Below are positions 21,080 through 32,716 of a stretch of DNA of 35,306 nucleotides, piece by piece; positions within the stretch are counted from its first letter, which is position 1, and each line of letters starts with the position of its first letter. The translations under genes and the position numbers were made by a program. The DNA is from Thelocarpon superellum (taxonomy: Eukaryota), in assembly GCA_026025795.1 (NCBI GenBank), contig JAPEUG010000160.1:1-35306 (forward strand), given 5' to 3'. A model generated the notes under the pieces. That model was given only the letters and a program-made list of their open reading frames with translations. It did no database searches and had not been told where the DNA came from.

Positions 21080-22789
21080 ATGTCTCTCGCCGCGATGATC
21101 GACTCCGGCTCTGAGACTGGATTCCAAGACAGTGACATGAACATCGACCCCACCCCCGACTCCACCCTCGACATGGTGCCGAGCAAGAAGGCCCGAGGAC
21201 CTCCCAAAGCCGGCCTTACGAAAGTCTCCAAGCCGAAAACGACATCACGGAGCACCGCTGATGCGACCCGTGCGGTACGAAAATCATCGGCCGTACCAAA
21301 AGTCACCAGCAAGCAACGCGCAGTCCTACAAGAGCGACGCAACGGTCGAAACGCAAGCGAGGTGGACGACGAAGAGGTCCCGGATGAGCTTGACGAGAGT
21401 CGAATGGGACAGGAGCAGACCGCCCCGTCAGATGATGACTTGCAAAGCCCTGTCGCGGTCCCGGAACCTGCACGGAGAGGCCGAGCGACAAAGAAGACGG
21501 CCACACAGGCCGGACCGGATCGCGTCAAGGTAAGCACGGGCAGCAGCACCCAAACCGTCGCAACGAAACGCCCCGCGAAGGCTTCGAGCACAAGTAAGAA
21601 GGCTTCGTCGAGGGAAAAACACGCACCCAAGAACCCCCCTCCCGTCTCCGACGTCGAGGATGCGACTCTCCCGCCAGAGGAGGAGACGGTGGAAGAGCCA
21701 GGACGGCGCGCGGGCGCCGCCCACACCAGTCGCGCACGCTCCGTATCCAAATCCCGTCTGCCATCAGTACCCAGAAAGAGAGCCGGAAGCTTCTCCGATG
21801 CGGAACGAGGTGCCGCCGGGAATGATCCCGCCGTGCGACGGAAGTTGGGTGAGATGACAAGGAAGTTGGAGAACCTGGACCTCAAATATCGGAACCTTCG
21901 CGATATCGGGGTCAAAGAGGCCGAGGTCAATTTCGATAGGCTCAGACAGCAGAGCGAGGAGAAGGGCGAAGGTACATGTTGATGTCCCCCATCGCGAGAG
22001 CCGTCACTAACACCTCTCAGCCGCGAGCGTACTTATTGCCTCCCTGAAGAAAGGAGTGCAGACGCAGAGCAACCTCGCCAAAGAGTCTCGATCGTTGCGC
22101 AAGCAACTCGACGCCCGCGACGCTGAGGTGACGGAACTCCAGTCTCGACTCGTGGAGCTAGAGGCATCGGTCGCCGAGGCGCGCGGTGAGAACAAGACGC
22201 TTGCCGCGAAGCTGTCTGCCAGCCGTAATGCCACCCCGTCGCTGAGCGACTCGCGTAAGGTCGGCGCAGGCGGCAAATCCCACGACGGCTCTCGCCCCAT
22301 GGTGATGGGAAGTGCCGAAGTCGCCCAGGCAGCGCAGACCGCGCAGCTGAAGGAGGACCTCTACAGCGACCTCACCGGCCTCTTGATCCGCGGCGTCAAG
22401 CGTGACGCCGACGCCGACGCCGACGTCTTTGACTGCATTCAGACCGGACGCAACGGTAGTGAGTGCCTTCCCTCTCTCTCTCCGTTTCCAAGAGAGACCT
22501 CCGTGGTGGCACAGCCCTAACATCTCCCCCTCTAGCCCTCCGCTTCAAACTGAGCATCGCAAAACACAGCCACGCGCAAGACCGCGAAAAGGGCGGCGCA
22601 AGCAGCAGCAGCAGCAGCAGCAGCTACGAAAACACCGAGTTCGTCTTCACGCCGCTCTTCGACAGCAAGCACGATGCCGACCTCATGGAGCTCCTGCCGG
22701 ATTACCTGACGGAGGAAATCACCTTCGCTAGAGGCAATGCGAGTAAATTCTACGCGAGGGTCGTCAAGACCTTGACGCAGTCGGCTTGA
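21080..22789 (+). CDS. CSM1: Monopolin complex subunit Csm1/Pcs1, 527 aa, 3 exons
   Basis: Exons are 21080-21971, 22021-22458 and 22536-22789. A disordered N-terminus and coiled coil precede LKEDLYSDLTGL, FDCIQTGRNGTLRFKL and LPDYLTEEITF (Csm1 C-terminal domain). An (AGC)8 poly-Ser tract lies at 22601-22624. Confidence 0.9.
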
Positions 22790-22997
22790 TTCTGTCCCGG
22801 CTGTCGGAGGGCGCTGGTGTCTCCGGGTAATGGGCGTGTGGCGCTGTCTGCGATGTCGCATTGGATGTCCGGTTTGTGCTATTCACGTCTGTCTGGTGTC
22901 CTTTATCCTATCGCACTATCTGTGTATGATGAGATATACGGAGGTTCTCCAATCCTGCAACACTAGTGCTGCCATCTATCGCATGATATCGGATACA

Positions 22998-25090
22998 TCA
23001 TAGAGTCAGAGACGTGACGCCTTGCTCAGCGGCGACAAGGTCATTCGAAGAAGTTCCCGGCGGCGCCTCCGAGCTCCACGACGGTCCTGCCAGATCAGCG
23101 ACAAGCCAGTTCTCCCAGAACCGGACGCCCTCCACGCTTTCCTCTCGACACAGGAAGCCATTCTCCTCCGCCATTTCCAACTCCTCCGTTGCGACACCAA
23201 CGCTCCACCTGAAGCGCTCAGCCGTCTCGCGAGGAGTGACGCCTCGTCCAAAGAGTCGCCAATCCCATGCCGCACCAGGGGGGACTGCATCCGCCGTGTG
23301 CAGTTCTTGGAGCCAGGCGGCGACGCTCGCAAGCGTCTTGTCGTCACTCCAGTCCTTGCCTTGCACGACGAGGAGACCGCTGCGAAAACGTCGCAGCCGG
23401 AGCGGCAGCCGCAGCTTCTCCCACATATCGACGGCCTTGCGAAAGTCCGTGGGACTGACCAGCTCGACGCCGCCCCGTGCCCGGTTGAAGACGGCCCAGA
23501 GATCGACGAGGCTCATGATGCCTCCTTCCCGTCGCAGGATGCCGGTTGCGTCGTCCGTCAGGAATTCCGCCAGGTTGCGAGACAGTTGCGAGAGGTAGAG
23601 TGTTTCAGATGTGCTGCCGGTGCTAAGCATGTCCTTGGTAGTCACAAGGCCCAGGGCTGCGGCCGATCGCGAAAGCACGGCGCTGGCCTCGGACGAGCCC
23701 GCAGCAGAATTGCCCGGGAGTCTCTCGGCGAACTTCTCCGCCAGCGCCACGATTTCCTTGGCCGATGTCATGAGTGCTTCCAGGTCTGCAAAGGCATTTC
23801 CGATCACCAGCTCATTCTGCTTGCGCAGGGCGAGGTCACGCTGCTCGAGTCCGGCGATCCCCGCGATCTTCGCCCGCCCTGCACCCTCCTCGGGCCGTCG
23901 AGCATCGTCGCGGGGCGCGTCAGCATCAAACGACTGCAGCGGCTTCGGGATGGATGGCGCTCCCTCGAGGAGCCACTTGCGCTGAATCATCGCCCCTTTC
24001 AGTCGGTCGTAGAACACCTTTTCCCCACCCCCGCGAAAAGAAAACTTGATTTCCGCCAGCTCACTCCCCACCAGACGAGTGGCCGAAATTGACGCGCCCG
24101 GTGAGCCCGATCGCTCCATCTCATCCGGTCCAAGGAGCTCATCCGACGCACGTTGGGCGACCAAGGGCCCGCCACATATCTCGCAAGAGAGTAGGCCAGG
24201 GTCGTTCAAGAATGTGCAGCGCGGGCATGGCAGGGCGGAGGGTAGTCTCCGATCACTGGCGGTCGTGGCTGACACAACCGCGCTCTCATTGCCGCCACTC
24301 TGACCGGGAGACAAGGATCGCTGGGATTCTTGACGTGTTGGATTAGTGAGGAGAGGCGGGATTGACTGCGTCCGTGATAGACTGGCAATGGTCGCACGTA
24401 AGATATGCGTCCACGCAGGTTTGATCCCACATGCGAGACATGACGGCATCGGAGTGCTTGCGGTCACACTCGACGGATCGTGGGTTGGAGGAAGCGGGTT
24501 GGAGAAGGTGCAGATCGGGCAAATCCACGTTGCGTTATGGAGCGCTGGCGTCACAGGGGTCGACGAACGGACAGGGGAGGGGCTCGCGCCCCGTGGGGAT
24601 GATGACACCAAGCCATTCGCGGAGGACGAGGGGCCAGTCGAATTCCCGGTACGTGAAGCAGCTTTCAGGTGAAAGGTAATCTTCGGAGAAGACTTTAAGA
24701 AGCCAGCCTAGAGAGCCAAGATTAGTCCCTCACTAAAGAACCGCCGTCATCCATCAGGATCTGATGGGAGGGAAAATCTCACGTAGAAGTCATAAGTCTC
24801 CAAATCGCGAAGGTTGATGGCGACAGAGTATTTCCGGGGCTCCTCATTATCCACATAACAAACTCGATGTGAGGTCAGGTACGCTTGACCTTGCTGGAGG
24901 TGGGCAATTTTCAGCTTCCTGTAGATCCCAAGAAGTTAGTCCTGAACGTGCCCTAACTCAAGCGTATCGTGCCGACACGATATGCCTACCCTTGATAGAG
25001 GCCAACGTCGTCCTGGACGAACAATAGCGTCTCGCCAGACAGGAGCGTGGGACGAAGGGCGGTGGTGAGATCCAGATGCTGTAAGGACAT
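22998..25090 (-). CDS. VPS36: ESCRT-II subunit Vps36, 648 aa, 3 exons
   Basis: Exons are 25090-24990, 24918-24783 and 24707-22998. The GLUE domain (LFVQDDVGLYQG, YLTSHRVCY, AGFLKSSPKI ... KFSFRGGG) is split by two NZF fingers (WICPICTFSN..C..C, CPRCTFLN..CEIC). An EAP30 region follows (AFADLEALM, NRARGGVELVSP). Confidence 0.95.
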
Positions 25091-25721
25091 TCACAGGGAT
25101 GGGCAAGACCTTGCTCGCAGTGGCAGCAGGCACTTGCGGGCACTTGGTGCATTTCTCAGAAGAGCGAATGAGTAGACCCGATCCCACTGTACCACGCCAG
25201 GGTCACATCATGATATCACGCGGCGTCCGCCGTAGGACATTGGCCGAGAAGTCGCTGTCGTGTACCGTATCCTGCCAAGCATGCTAGCGCCGTGCTGACG
25301 GAAGCGTCGCGGCAGCACGGAGGTGGCCCGCTTATCCTTGTGAGACAGCACGTTCCATCGCAGCAAGTCACGTGCATCAAGTCACCGCCCAGGGAAACGA
25401 GAGCCTGGGCGATGGCCGTTGCCAGCACAGCTGACGCTCGTTTCTCGGGGAGCCACTTCACCCGCCATCGCACGCTCTCCGCCTTCCTCATCCTCTGGCC
25501 CACACATATCCGATCATGTCTCATTCTTTATGCCCTGTTAACCCATCACCTACTCTCGCTACTAACTGACTACTTCCGTAACCCTTCCAAGTATCCCACA
25601 GGACCTTGTGTCGCTGGCGCCGATGACGGCGACTCTGACCTCGTCAAGCCGACGGTCGCCTTCCTTCACGATGCCTCGTACGTATGACGGGGCCTCGGCG
25701 ACCCGTGTTGGGTCTGACACC

Positions 25722-27416
25722 ATGACAGCGTCGGGGGCGTTCCATCATGTCGACGCCAAACAATCCTTCGCCCGGCCGCCGAATGCTGTGAGTTCCTACG
25801 TCCCACCCTTCCCTCTGCCCGGTGACTCTAGCTAACCGGCTGCAGTCTACCTTCTCAACTTCACCACCTGCTCAACCAAAGAAGGTAGACTGGCCGCAGC
25901 CTGTTCGCAGATATGTCCAACGCGCATTCATGCCGGAACATTCCATTCCGGGGATCGACCGGAGTGAGATGGAGAAAAAGTTGAAAGAAACCATCACGCA
26001 GGCGAACGAACAAGATGCCCTCCACACCATCGACTGGGACGCACGGCCCTTACCCCAGGAGTTAATCCTCCAGGAGCGGACCCGCGCCTACCCGGCAGCC
26101 TCGCCGTCGACCTGGGCCGGTTCGATGTCAGGCCTCGCCGTGGGCGACGCCGGAGCTCCGGTGACGACGACGTCCAAGAAACGAAAGTCGTCTGATCTGT
26201 ACGCCTCGCATACGGAGGACGACCTGGCCACGGCGCCCTGGCACAAGACTAACCGCCGCAACCTGCTCGAGGATCGTATGACCTTCCCCGAGAACGGTCA
26301 CGGCAACGGCGACAGCCGACCTCCGCCCATCAAGGGACCTAGTAAGTACCATCACGCGAATGCGGAGAAACGACAAAAGCGATTCGACCACACCGTCATC
26401 GGTGCTCAAGCCACCAAACACCCGTGGGTGATCCGAGCGGAGGCGCTGCCTGCCCCCGAGGTGGCGCACGGTCCCGTCGAGGGTCGGTGTCAAGTGCTCG
26501 AGAAGAAGTATTTCCGCCTCACCGCGGCGCCAAACCCGGATACAGTGCGACCGTTGTCGGTACTCCAGCAGACGCTGGAGCTACTGAAGAAGAAGTGGAA
26601 GAAAGAGAAGAATTACGGCTACGTGTGCGATCAGTTCAAGTCCCTCCGACAGGATCTCACCGTCCAGCATATCAAGAACGAATTCACGGTCAGTGTGTAC
26701 GAGATCCATGCGCGCATCGCGCTCGAAAACCACGACCTGGGTGAGTATAACCAATGCCAGACGCAGCTACGGGCATTGCACCTGCAGAACCTTGGCGGTC
26801 ATCCGATGGAGTTCAAGGCGTATCGTATCCTCTATTTTCTTTACACCCGCAACCAAACGGACATGAACGATGTCTTGGCCGACCTAACCCCCGCAGAGAA
26901 GAAGGACGATGCGGTCAAGCATGCACTGGGTGCTCGGTCTGCCCTGGCCCTCGGTAACTACCATCAGTTCTTCCGGCTTTTTCTGGACACGCCGAACATG
27001 GGCAGCTGGCTCATGGACATGTTCGTCGACCGCGAGCGCCTAGCCGCGCTCGCCAACATCTGCAAAGCGTATGTGCTTTCCATAGCGCTTACTGTGTGTC
27101 GCCGACGGGATGCTGACCTGCGAGATGATGAAGGTACAAGAAAGACGTCACGATCCGATTCATCACGGAAGAGCTCGGGTTTGAATCAGATGGCCACACC
27201 GTTCAGTTCCTCTACGATCATATGGCCGCGAAATTCCTCATACACGAGCCTCCCTTGCGGCTGGACACCCTCAAACTCCACAAACCCAGCAATAGGGATG
27301 ACAGCAATGATGGCGATGACAACGACGACAGCCTTGACAAAATCCTCGCTTGGTTACTCTTCGAAGCGGGCAAGGTGGAAGCCTTTCGCAAAGTTGACCT
27401 CAAAGGCCAGATCTAG
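25722..27416 (+). CDS. THP3: SAC3/GANP/THP3-family PCI protein (Thp3/LENG8-like), about 523 aa, 3 exons
   Basis: Exons are 25722-25787, 25846-27068 and 27134-27416; an alternative in-frame ATG lies at 25671. Motifs: LEKKYFRLTAAP, CDQFKSLRQDLTVQHI, VYEIHARIALE..DLGEYNQCQTQL, and C-terminal FRKVDLKGQI. Confidence 0.9.
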
Positions 27417-28717
27417 GTGGCGTGTCCATTCGACCGCGACCACTACTAACTTCACCTCTCGATCCGTTCCCCTCCGCCGCATGATCCTTTCCACCTCTCT
27501 CCTCCTTTTTTTTCCCAATCTAATCCCGTCTTATCTACGACGACGCCTCCGCCTATGTCTATTGTTGACGACTCGCCCCGTCCATTCCGCAGACTCATAG
27601 GCCCAAGCCGCCTCTCGAGAATCCCTCACAATCTGATCGCGAAGTCGAGGCGGGCATTGGCCCTGGCGCGACGCCTCCTCGCCATAGCATTTGGCAAATT
27701 TTCCTCCTGCATCCCGTAAAGGCATAGTTCGGCGAATGAGATGCAAATGCCTAGTGCTCGTTGTCTTTTGAGCACACGGTGCGCAGCGGGTAGAGCCGTC
27801 CTGATCGGGCGTTACCTCTGTCACCTAAAATATAACACTCCTCAACACATGTCCCGTGGCTCCCTGAGGATGAGTTGGTACGATTGATGGCATGGTCTGA
27901 TGTACGCTAAATGTTTGCCATCACATGAGCATCCGTAATCACTCCTAACCAACCCCGACCCAAAATAACGGCATACGCAGGCGGAAGCACAGGTTGCAGG
28001 CCGCAAATGGTGAGGCACATCACCACGCCCAGGAGCGTCCCGCAACATTACAGGTCATATCGCCATGTCTCCGGTGTGGACGTAAAATACTTGGTAAGTC
28101 AAATCAAGGTCGCTGCTGTTATCAAGGCCTGCCTCCTTAAGTGCCAATGACGGTGAAGGAGCAGCTCCTATCATCGTCAGCCGTCATTGGCTGCACAAGA
28201 CCTCACTCTCGCCAGTCCTCCCTAAGCTTCACGTGCCGCATGGGCTATCGCATCGCGACGCTGTCCGAGCACAACGGCCCCCTGCGGTCCCATTTGGAGT
28301 CCATCCCGAATCCGACCGACCGACCGCGAGGAAGGATTCCTCCACACGGTTCGCAGAGGAGCACCAGATGTCGTAGCACGACTGCTAGATTCGATTCGAA
28401 GACCCTACCTTCATTCGTGTACGGGAGTACCTGGTGCTGTAAATCTAGTGGTCCAGTCGGCGTGCGTCATGTTATGGGATGCAAAGCCCAGGCCGAAGAC
28501 CAAGGCCATGATGCAGGTGGCTGGACCTGCAGCAATGAGTGTTTTCCACTACTGTTAACGCAAAAGCTGGTGTCCCCGCTGCCTGATCCTGACGGCAACA
28601 GACAAGAGTCGACAGGGTGGATGAGTGGGACCAGAGCCCGGATGATCGGACCCTAGGCAAGCGAGCTGAGACCGCAAGTCGACGCTGAATGCTGGCCGGT
28701 GGGTCTATGAGTGTTAT

Positions 28718-28753
28718 GTGGGTGCAGTGGGTGCAGTGGGTGCAGTGGATGCA
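28718..28753. repeat. (GTGGGTGCA)n 9-mer tandem repeat, about 4 copies
   Basis: Read directly from the sequence in the THP3-BEM1 intergenic region. Confidence 0.85.
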
Positions 28754-29729
28754 AGTGTGCGCACATGCCCGACCACGCCAAAGACGACGGGTGTCGTTGG
28801 GACGTCGGAGGGGCTTCCCTCGCCATTATTGGGGCCCATTCTCTCCGGGGTTGCGGCTAGCCGCGACGACGGCTATGATTAGATAGGCCCCATGTCTCGC
28901 CGACGCGAAGGCACGGTGGGCGAGGGAAGCAAGGCATGACTCGCAAGCCGACCGTGCCGTACTACTGGGGCCTTGAGGGGCGAGTACCAGACGCTTCCCG
29001 GACCCGTACCAGCACCAGCACCAGCCCCAGCCCCAGCGTCGGCACCAGCACCAGGACGAGTACCGTCCGATACGGGCGGCCAAAGACTCCGACCCAAGTC
29101 CAGCCGTGCGGCCAGCGCCAGCGACCGGCGGAGTGGCCACGCCCAAACCCACGCCCACGCCCCAGCCGCGTGGATCATCATCGACCCTCCACGACCTGCG
29201 CACCCACCTCTGATCCGACCGCGAAAAAGCTGCAGACCTCCCACACAATCCGTCTTCACCCCTCCCACGACTCGGCAGCGACCGCGAGAAGGGGCTCCGC
29301 CCATTCCTCTGCCCTCCTTGCTTCTCCCTGCGCCTGCTGCTGCCACCGGTACTGCTCCTGGATTCGCCCAGCTAAGCCCTGTCTCGCATCCAGACGCGGG
29401 CTACGCCGCCACTAAAACCCCTCACTCCACATCCATTCCCACCCCGATCCGGTCAGCATCGACACCGCGCGCGTCCATTGGATTTCCGACGGCCCGTACC
29501 TTCGTATCTTCCGACGCCGCTTCACCACCCCTTCTCTGCTCTAGAGTCGGCCGCGCTCGTCGGAGCTGATTCACCGCGGTCGCACCTCGTCCGCATCGCA
29601 CGTCAGCCTGGATCGCGACCGGGTCCCCCGTTTCCGGCGGCCACGATCGCGCGACTTGGACCTTCGGTGGCCCGTGGAACGTGTCATTCGTGACGCTGGG
29701 CTCGCGACGCAAGGGCGTCCCGCGCAGTC

Positions 29730-31800
29730 ATGAAGGCACGTCGGTCCATCTCCCTTGCCTCCCCTCGCCTGCCTCCCCGTCGCGTCCCCTGGCCGCCATA
29801 CTGATGTCGATCCAGGCGTTGCGACGGTCGATCAAGAGCGAAAAGTCCGACTCCAAGCACCAACATCACATCTCCATCTCCCAAAAAGACGCCATCGCCA
29901 TCATCCCTCCGAAGAAGGTACCGTCCGCCCCTTGCTGTCGCGACCCCTCGGTGACCCGCCGCGGACTCCTGCCGCTAACACGGCCTAGGTCATCCGCGCC
30001 CTCTACGATTATGAAGCCAATCCAGCTCACCCTCAGGAGCTGAGCTTTGCTCGGGGTGACTTCTTCCACGTCATTGGCCGGGAACACGACACGGAATGGT
30101 ACGAGGCTTGTAACCCATCGATGCCGAATGCCCGTGGTCTGGTCCCAGTCGAATATTTCCAAGTCCTAGGCAAGAACGAGCGCGATAGTGCGAGCTCCAT
30201 CACCTCGAGCGCGAGTCATCGTCTGCCCGACAACGACTCAGGCTACTCCGACCGATCGGGGGGCAGTGGCGTCACCAGTGCGCCACCGCCGCAGGATGTC
30301 AATTCTCGACCCATCCGCTTCTCCAAGTCCGTCGGTAAAGGATCGGGGGCGATGGTTTACGGCATCATCATGTATGACTTCAAGGCGGAGCGCGCCGACG
30401 AGCTCGACGCAAAGGCGGGCGAGGCCATCATCGTCATCGCGCAGTCTAACCCCGAGTGGTTCGTGGCCAAGCCCATCGGCCGCCTCGGCGGCCCTGGCCT
30501 GATCCCCGTCTCCTTCATCGAGATCCGGGACATGGTGACGGGCCAAGCCGTACCCAACGCCCAAGAGGCCGTCCAACGCGCTGGCGTGCCCAAGGTTGAG
30601 GAGTGGAAGAAGATGGCAGCCGATTACAAGAACAGCAGTATTGCTCTGGGCAAATTCGAGTCGGGCGGTGGGCAACCGGCGCCGTCGACGATGCACGATG
30701 CCGACACCTCCAGCCTGACGCCGACAGGGCCGGGCTATCAAAATGGTCATGGCAATGGTGAATATGTATGTCATCCCGTCCGGGGACGTCTCATGACGCA
30801 CCACGCGCGTGCTGACAATGGTGCGCGGCAGGCATCCCACCCCCATCAGGCCCCACGATCCAACGCGCTCTCAACCCAGTTCTCACAATCTCGACCCTCC
30901 TCCTCACAGATGCCCTACCCAGTGGCCGCGACGATTCCCCGGTGGCGGTTTGGTAACGATCGGTACTGGTACATCATCGACGCGGTGATGCAAGACGGGT
31001 CGCAGTGGCAGCTGTCGCGGCTCTACTCGGACTTCTACGACTTCCAGATCGCCCTCCTGACCGAGTTTCCCGAGGAGGCCGGCAACACGGGCAAACCACG
31101 AACGCTGCCTTTCATGCCCGGTCCGGTCACTTACGTGACAGACGTGATCTCCAACGGACGGCAGCAGAATCTGGACGAGTACATCCAGAAGATGCTGAAG
31201 ATGCCGCCACACATCTCACGCTGTCACCTCATCCGGCAGCTGTTCGCGCCGCGCGATGGAGATGTCGAGCTCCATCGGGACGCGTCCATGGATCCGTTCC
31301 ATCGGCTGTCGGACGTATCGCGGCCGTCGTCGGGTGAGTCACCCGGACACGGGTCGCAGCAATCTTCGCGCGTCAACCTGAACGGCAACGGCTATCCTGC
31401 GCAACCCACGCATCAAGCGTACGGGTCCAACGGCATGACGTCGAACGCTCTCTTCCGGCCGCCGGAGCTGGACCGGCAAGCTAGCTCGTTGACGCAAGGA
31501 TCGACTGGGTCGCAAGCCTTGAGTGACACCATCCTCCTCAAGTTTCACTTTTACCGGGACCCCAACGCCCGCAAGGACCAGCCCGATGATACCCGCAAGA
31601 TCATGGTTTCCCAGGGCATCAGCTTTGCCGAGCTCAAGGAGACAATGCAGCATCGTCTCCAGATCACCAAGGATATTTCCATTCGATACATGGACGACCA
31701 GCGAAACGACGTGGAGTACGACATCCGCAACGACCACGACGTGACGCAGGCTATCCAGCAGAACCCCAAGTTGGTCCTCTACGTCTACTCGTCTCTATGA
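29730..31800 (+). CDS. BEM1: Polarity scaffold protein Bem1/Scd2 (SH3-SH3-PX-PB1), 617 aa, 4 exons
   Basis: Exons are 29730-29735, 29816-29917, 29989-30765 and 30832-31800; intron 1 is GC-AG. Domains: SH3a VIRALYDYE..ELSFARGDFF..RGLVPVEYF, SH3b MYDFKAERADEL..GLIPVSFI, PX LSRLYSDFYDFQIALL..LPFMPGP, and a C-terminal PB1. Confidence 0.95.
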
Positions 31801-32218
31801 GGTGCCGGTTCGCAGGGTATGAGCCCGGCGATGATGAGACATGATGGTCGGCTCCTTGATCCCATTGTCCGACACCAAGTTACTCGAGCATACGTAGGCT
31901 GTCTACGATCCTTCTCACCATTTCACTCGTGATGTCCTTTCTCACCTGCGGGTGCTGGCGTGACGGATAATTTGGGCGGTCTTTTACCACGAACCTTCTT
32001 ACATCACCTCCAGTCCTTTCATGATTCCTATTTGGGATCGACGACCCGTCTCCCTGTTTGATACGATTTCCCGTGGGACCGATGACTCGACGCGCGTGGG
32101 CTCGGGGAAGTCCTCGCTCGACCCGTGAAGTCGACGAGGACGATGACGACGAATGGGGAAAGGGAGTGCGGAGTGCGGAGACAGGAATTGATGGGCGTGG
32201 GGAATCCGAGTGTCTGGC

Positions 32219-32283
32219 GTTTTGTCCGTTTTGTCCGTTTTGTCCGTTTTGTCCCCGCGTGCCCGTGTGACCCGTGTGACCGG
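32219..32283. repeat. Adjacent 9-mer microsatellites (GTTTTGTCC)x4 and (CCCGTGTGA)x2
   Basis: Read directly from the sequence between the BEM1 3' end and the P450 pseudogene 3' end. Confidence 0.9.
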
Positions 32284-32716
32284 TGCTCTTTCCTTTTTCT
32301 TCTTCCACCCACCAACCTACCACCGATCTCATCCGATCTCTGACATCTGATCTGTCATGTACGATCTGTGAAATATGATCCAAGTTGTGCGGTCCCAAGA
32401 AAGTATCCTGTTCCGATCCTACAGCGACTCCCGTTCGGGATGCGTATCCGTAGATTCAGTTGAATCCGCGCATCGTGGGAAGGTGCGCGTGCGCACGGTT
32501 ACGGCGTTGTTGTTCCTTTGTTCAGATTGCTGGACATGAAATTGGGATCGACTGTTTGCATGTCGTTCTACACGCTTCTTACGATCTTCAGCTATTGAAC
32601 TACTCATCGGGAAGTCGCGTCTAACGAACAAAAGCAACGCGACGCAAGAACACCCCTCCCGCTCTTCCGCCGTAACTCTACATTCCACCACCGATAAGTC
32701 ATGACTAGCCACCGAG

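Noticed and set aside
25500..25602. Possible 5' UTR intron of THP3 (TACTAAC at 25560-25566, CAG at 25601)
   Set aside because: No convincing upstream donor site was found.
28141..28656. 171-codon ORF in the THP3-BEM1 intergenic region
   Set aside because: It starts at GTG, has no recognisable motif and shows no supporting splice structure.
14737..32283. Short tandem repeats as a CRISPR array or transposon ends
   Set aside because: The context is eukaryotic, with no unique spacers, no cas or transposase ORFs, and no terminal inverted repeats with target-site duplications.
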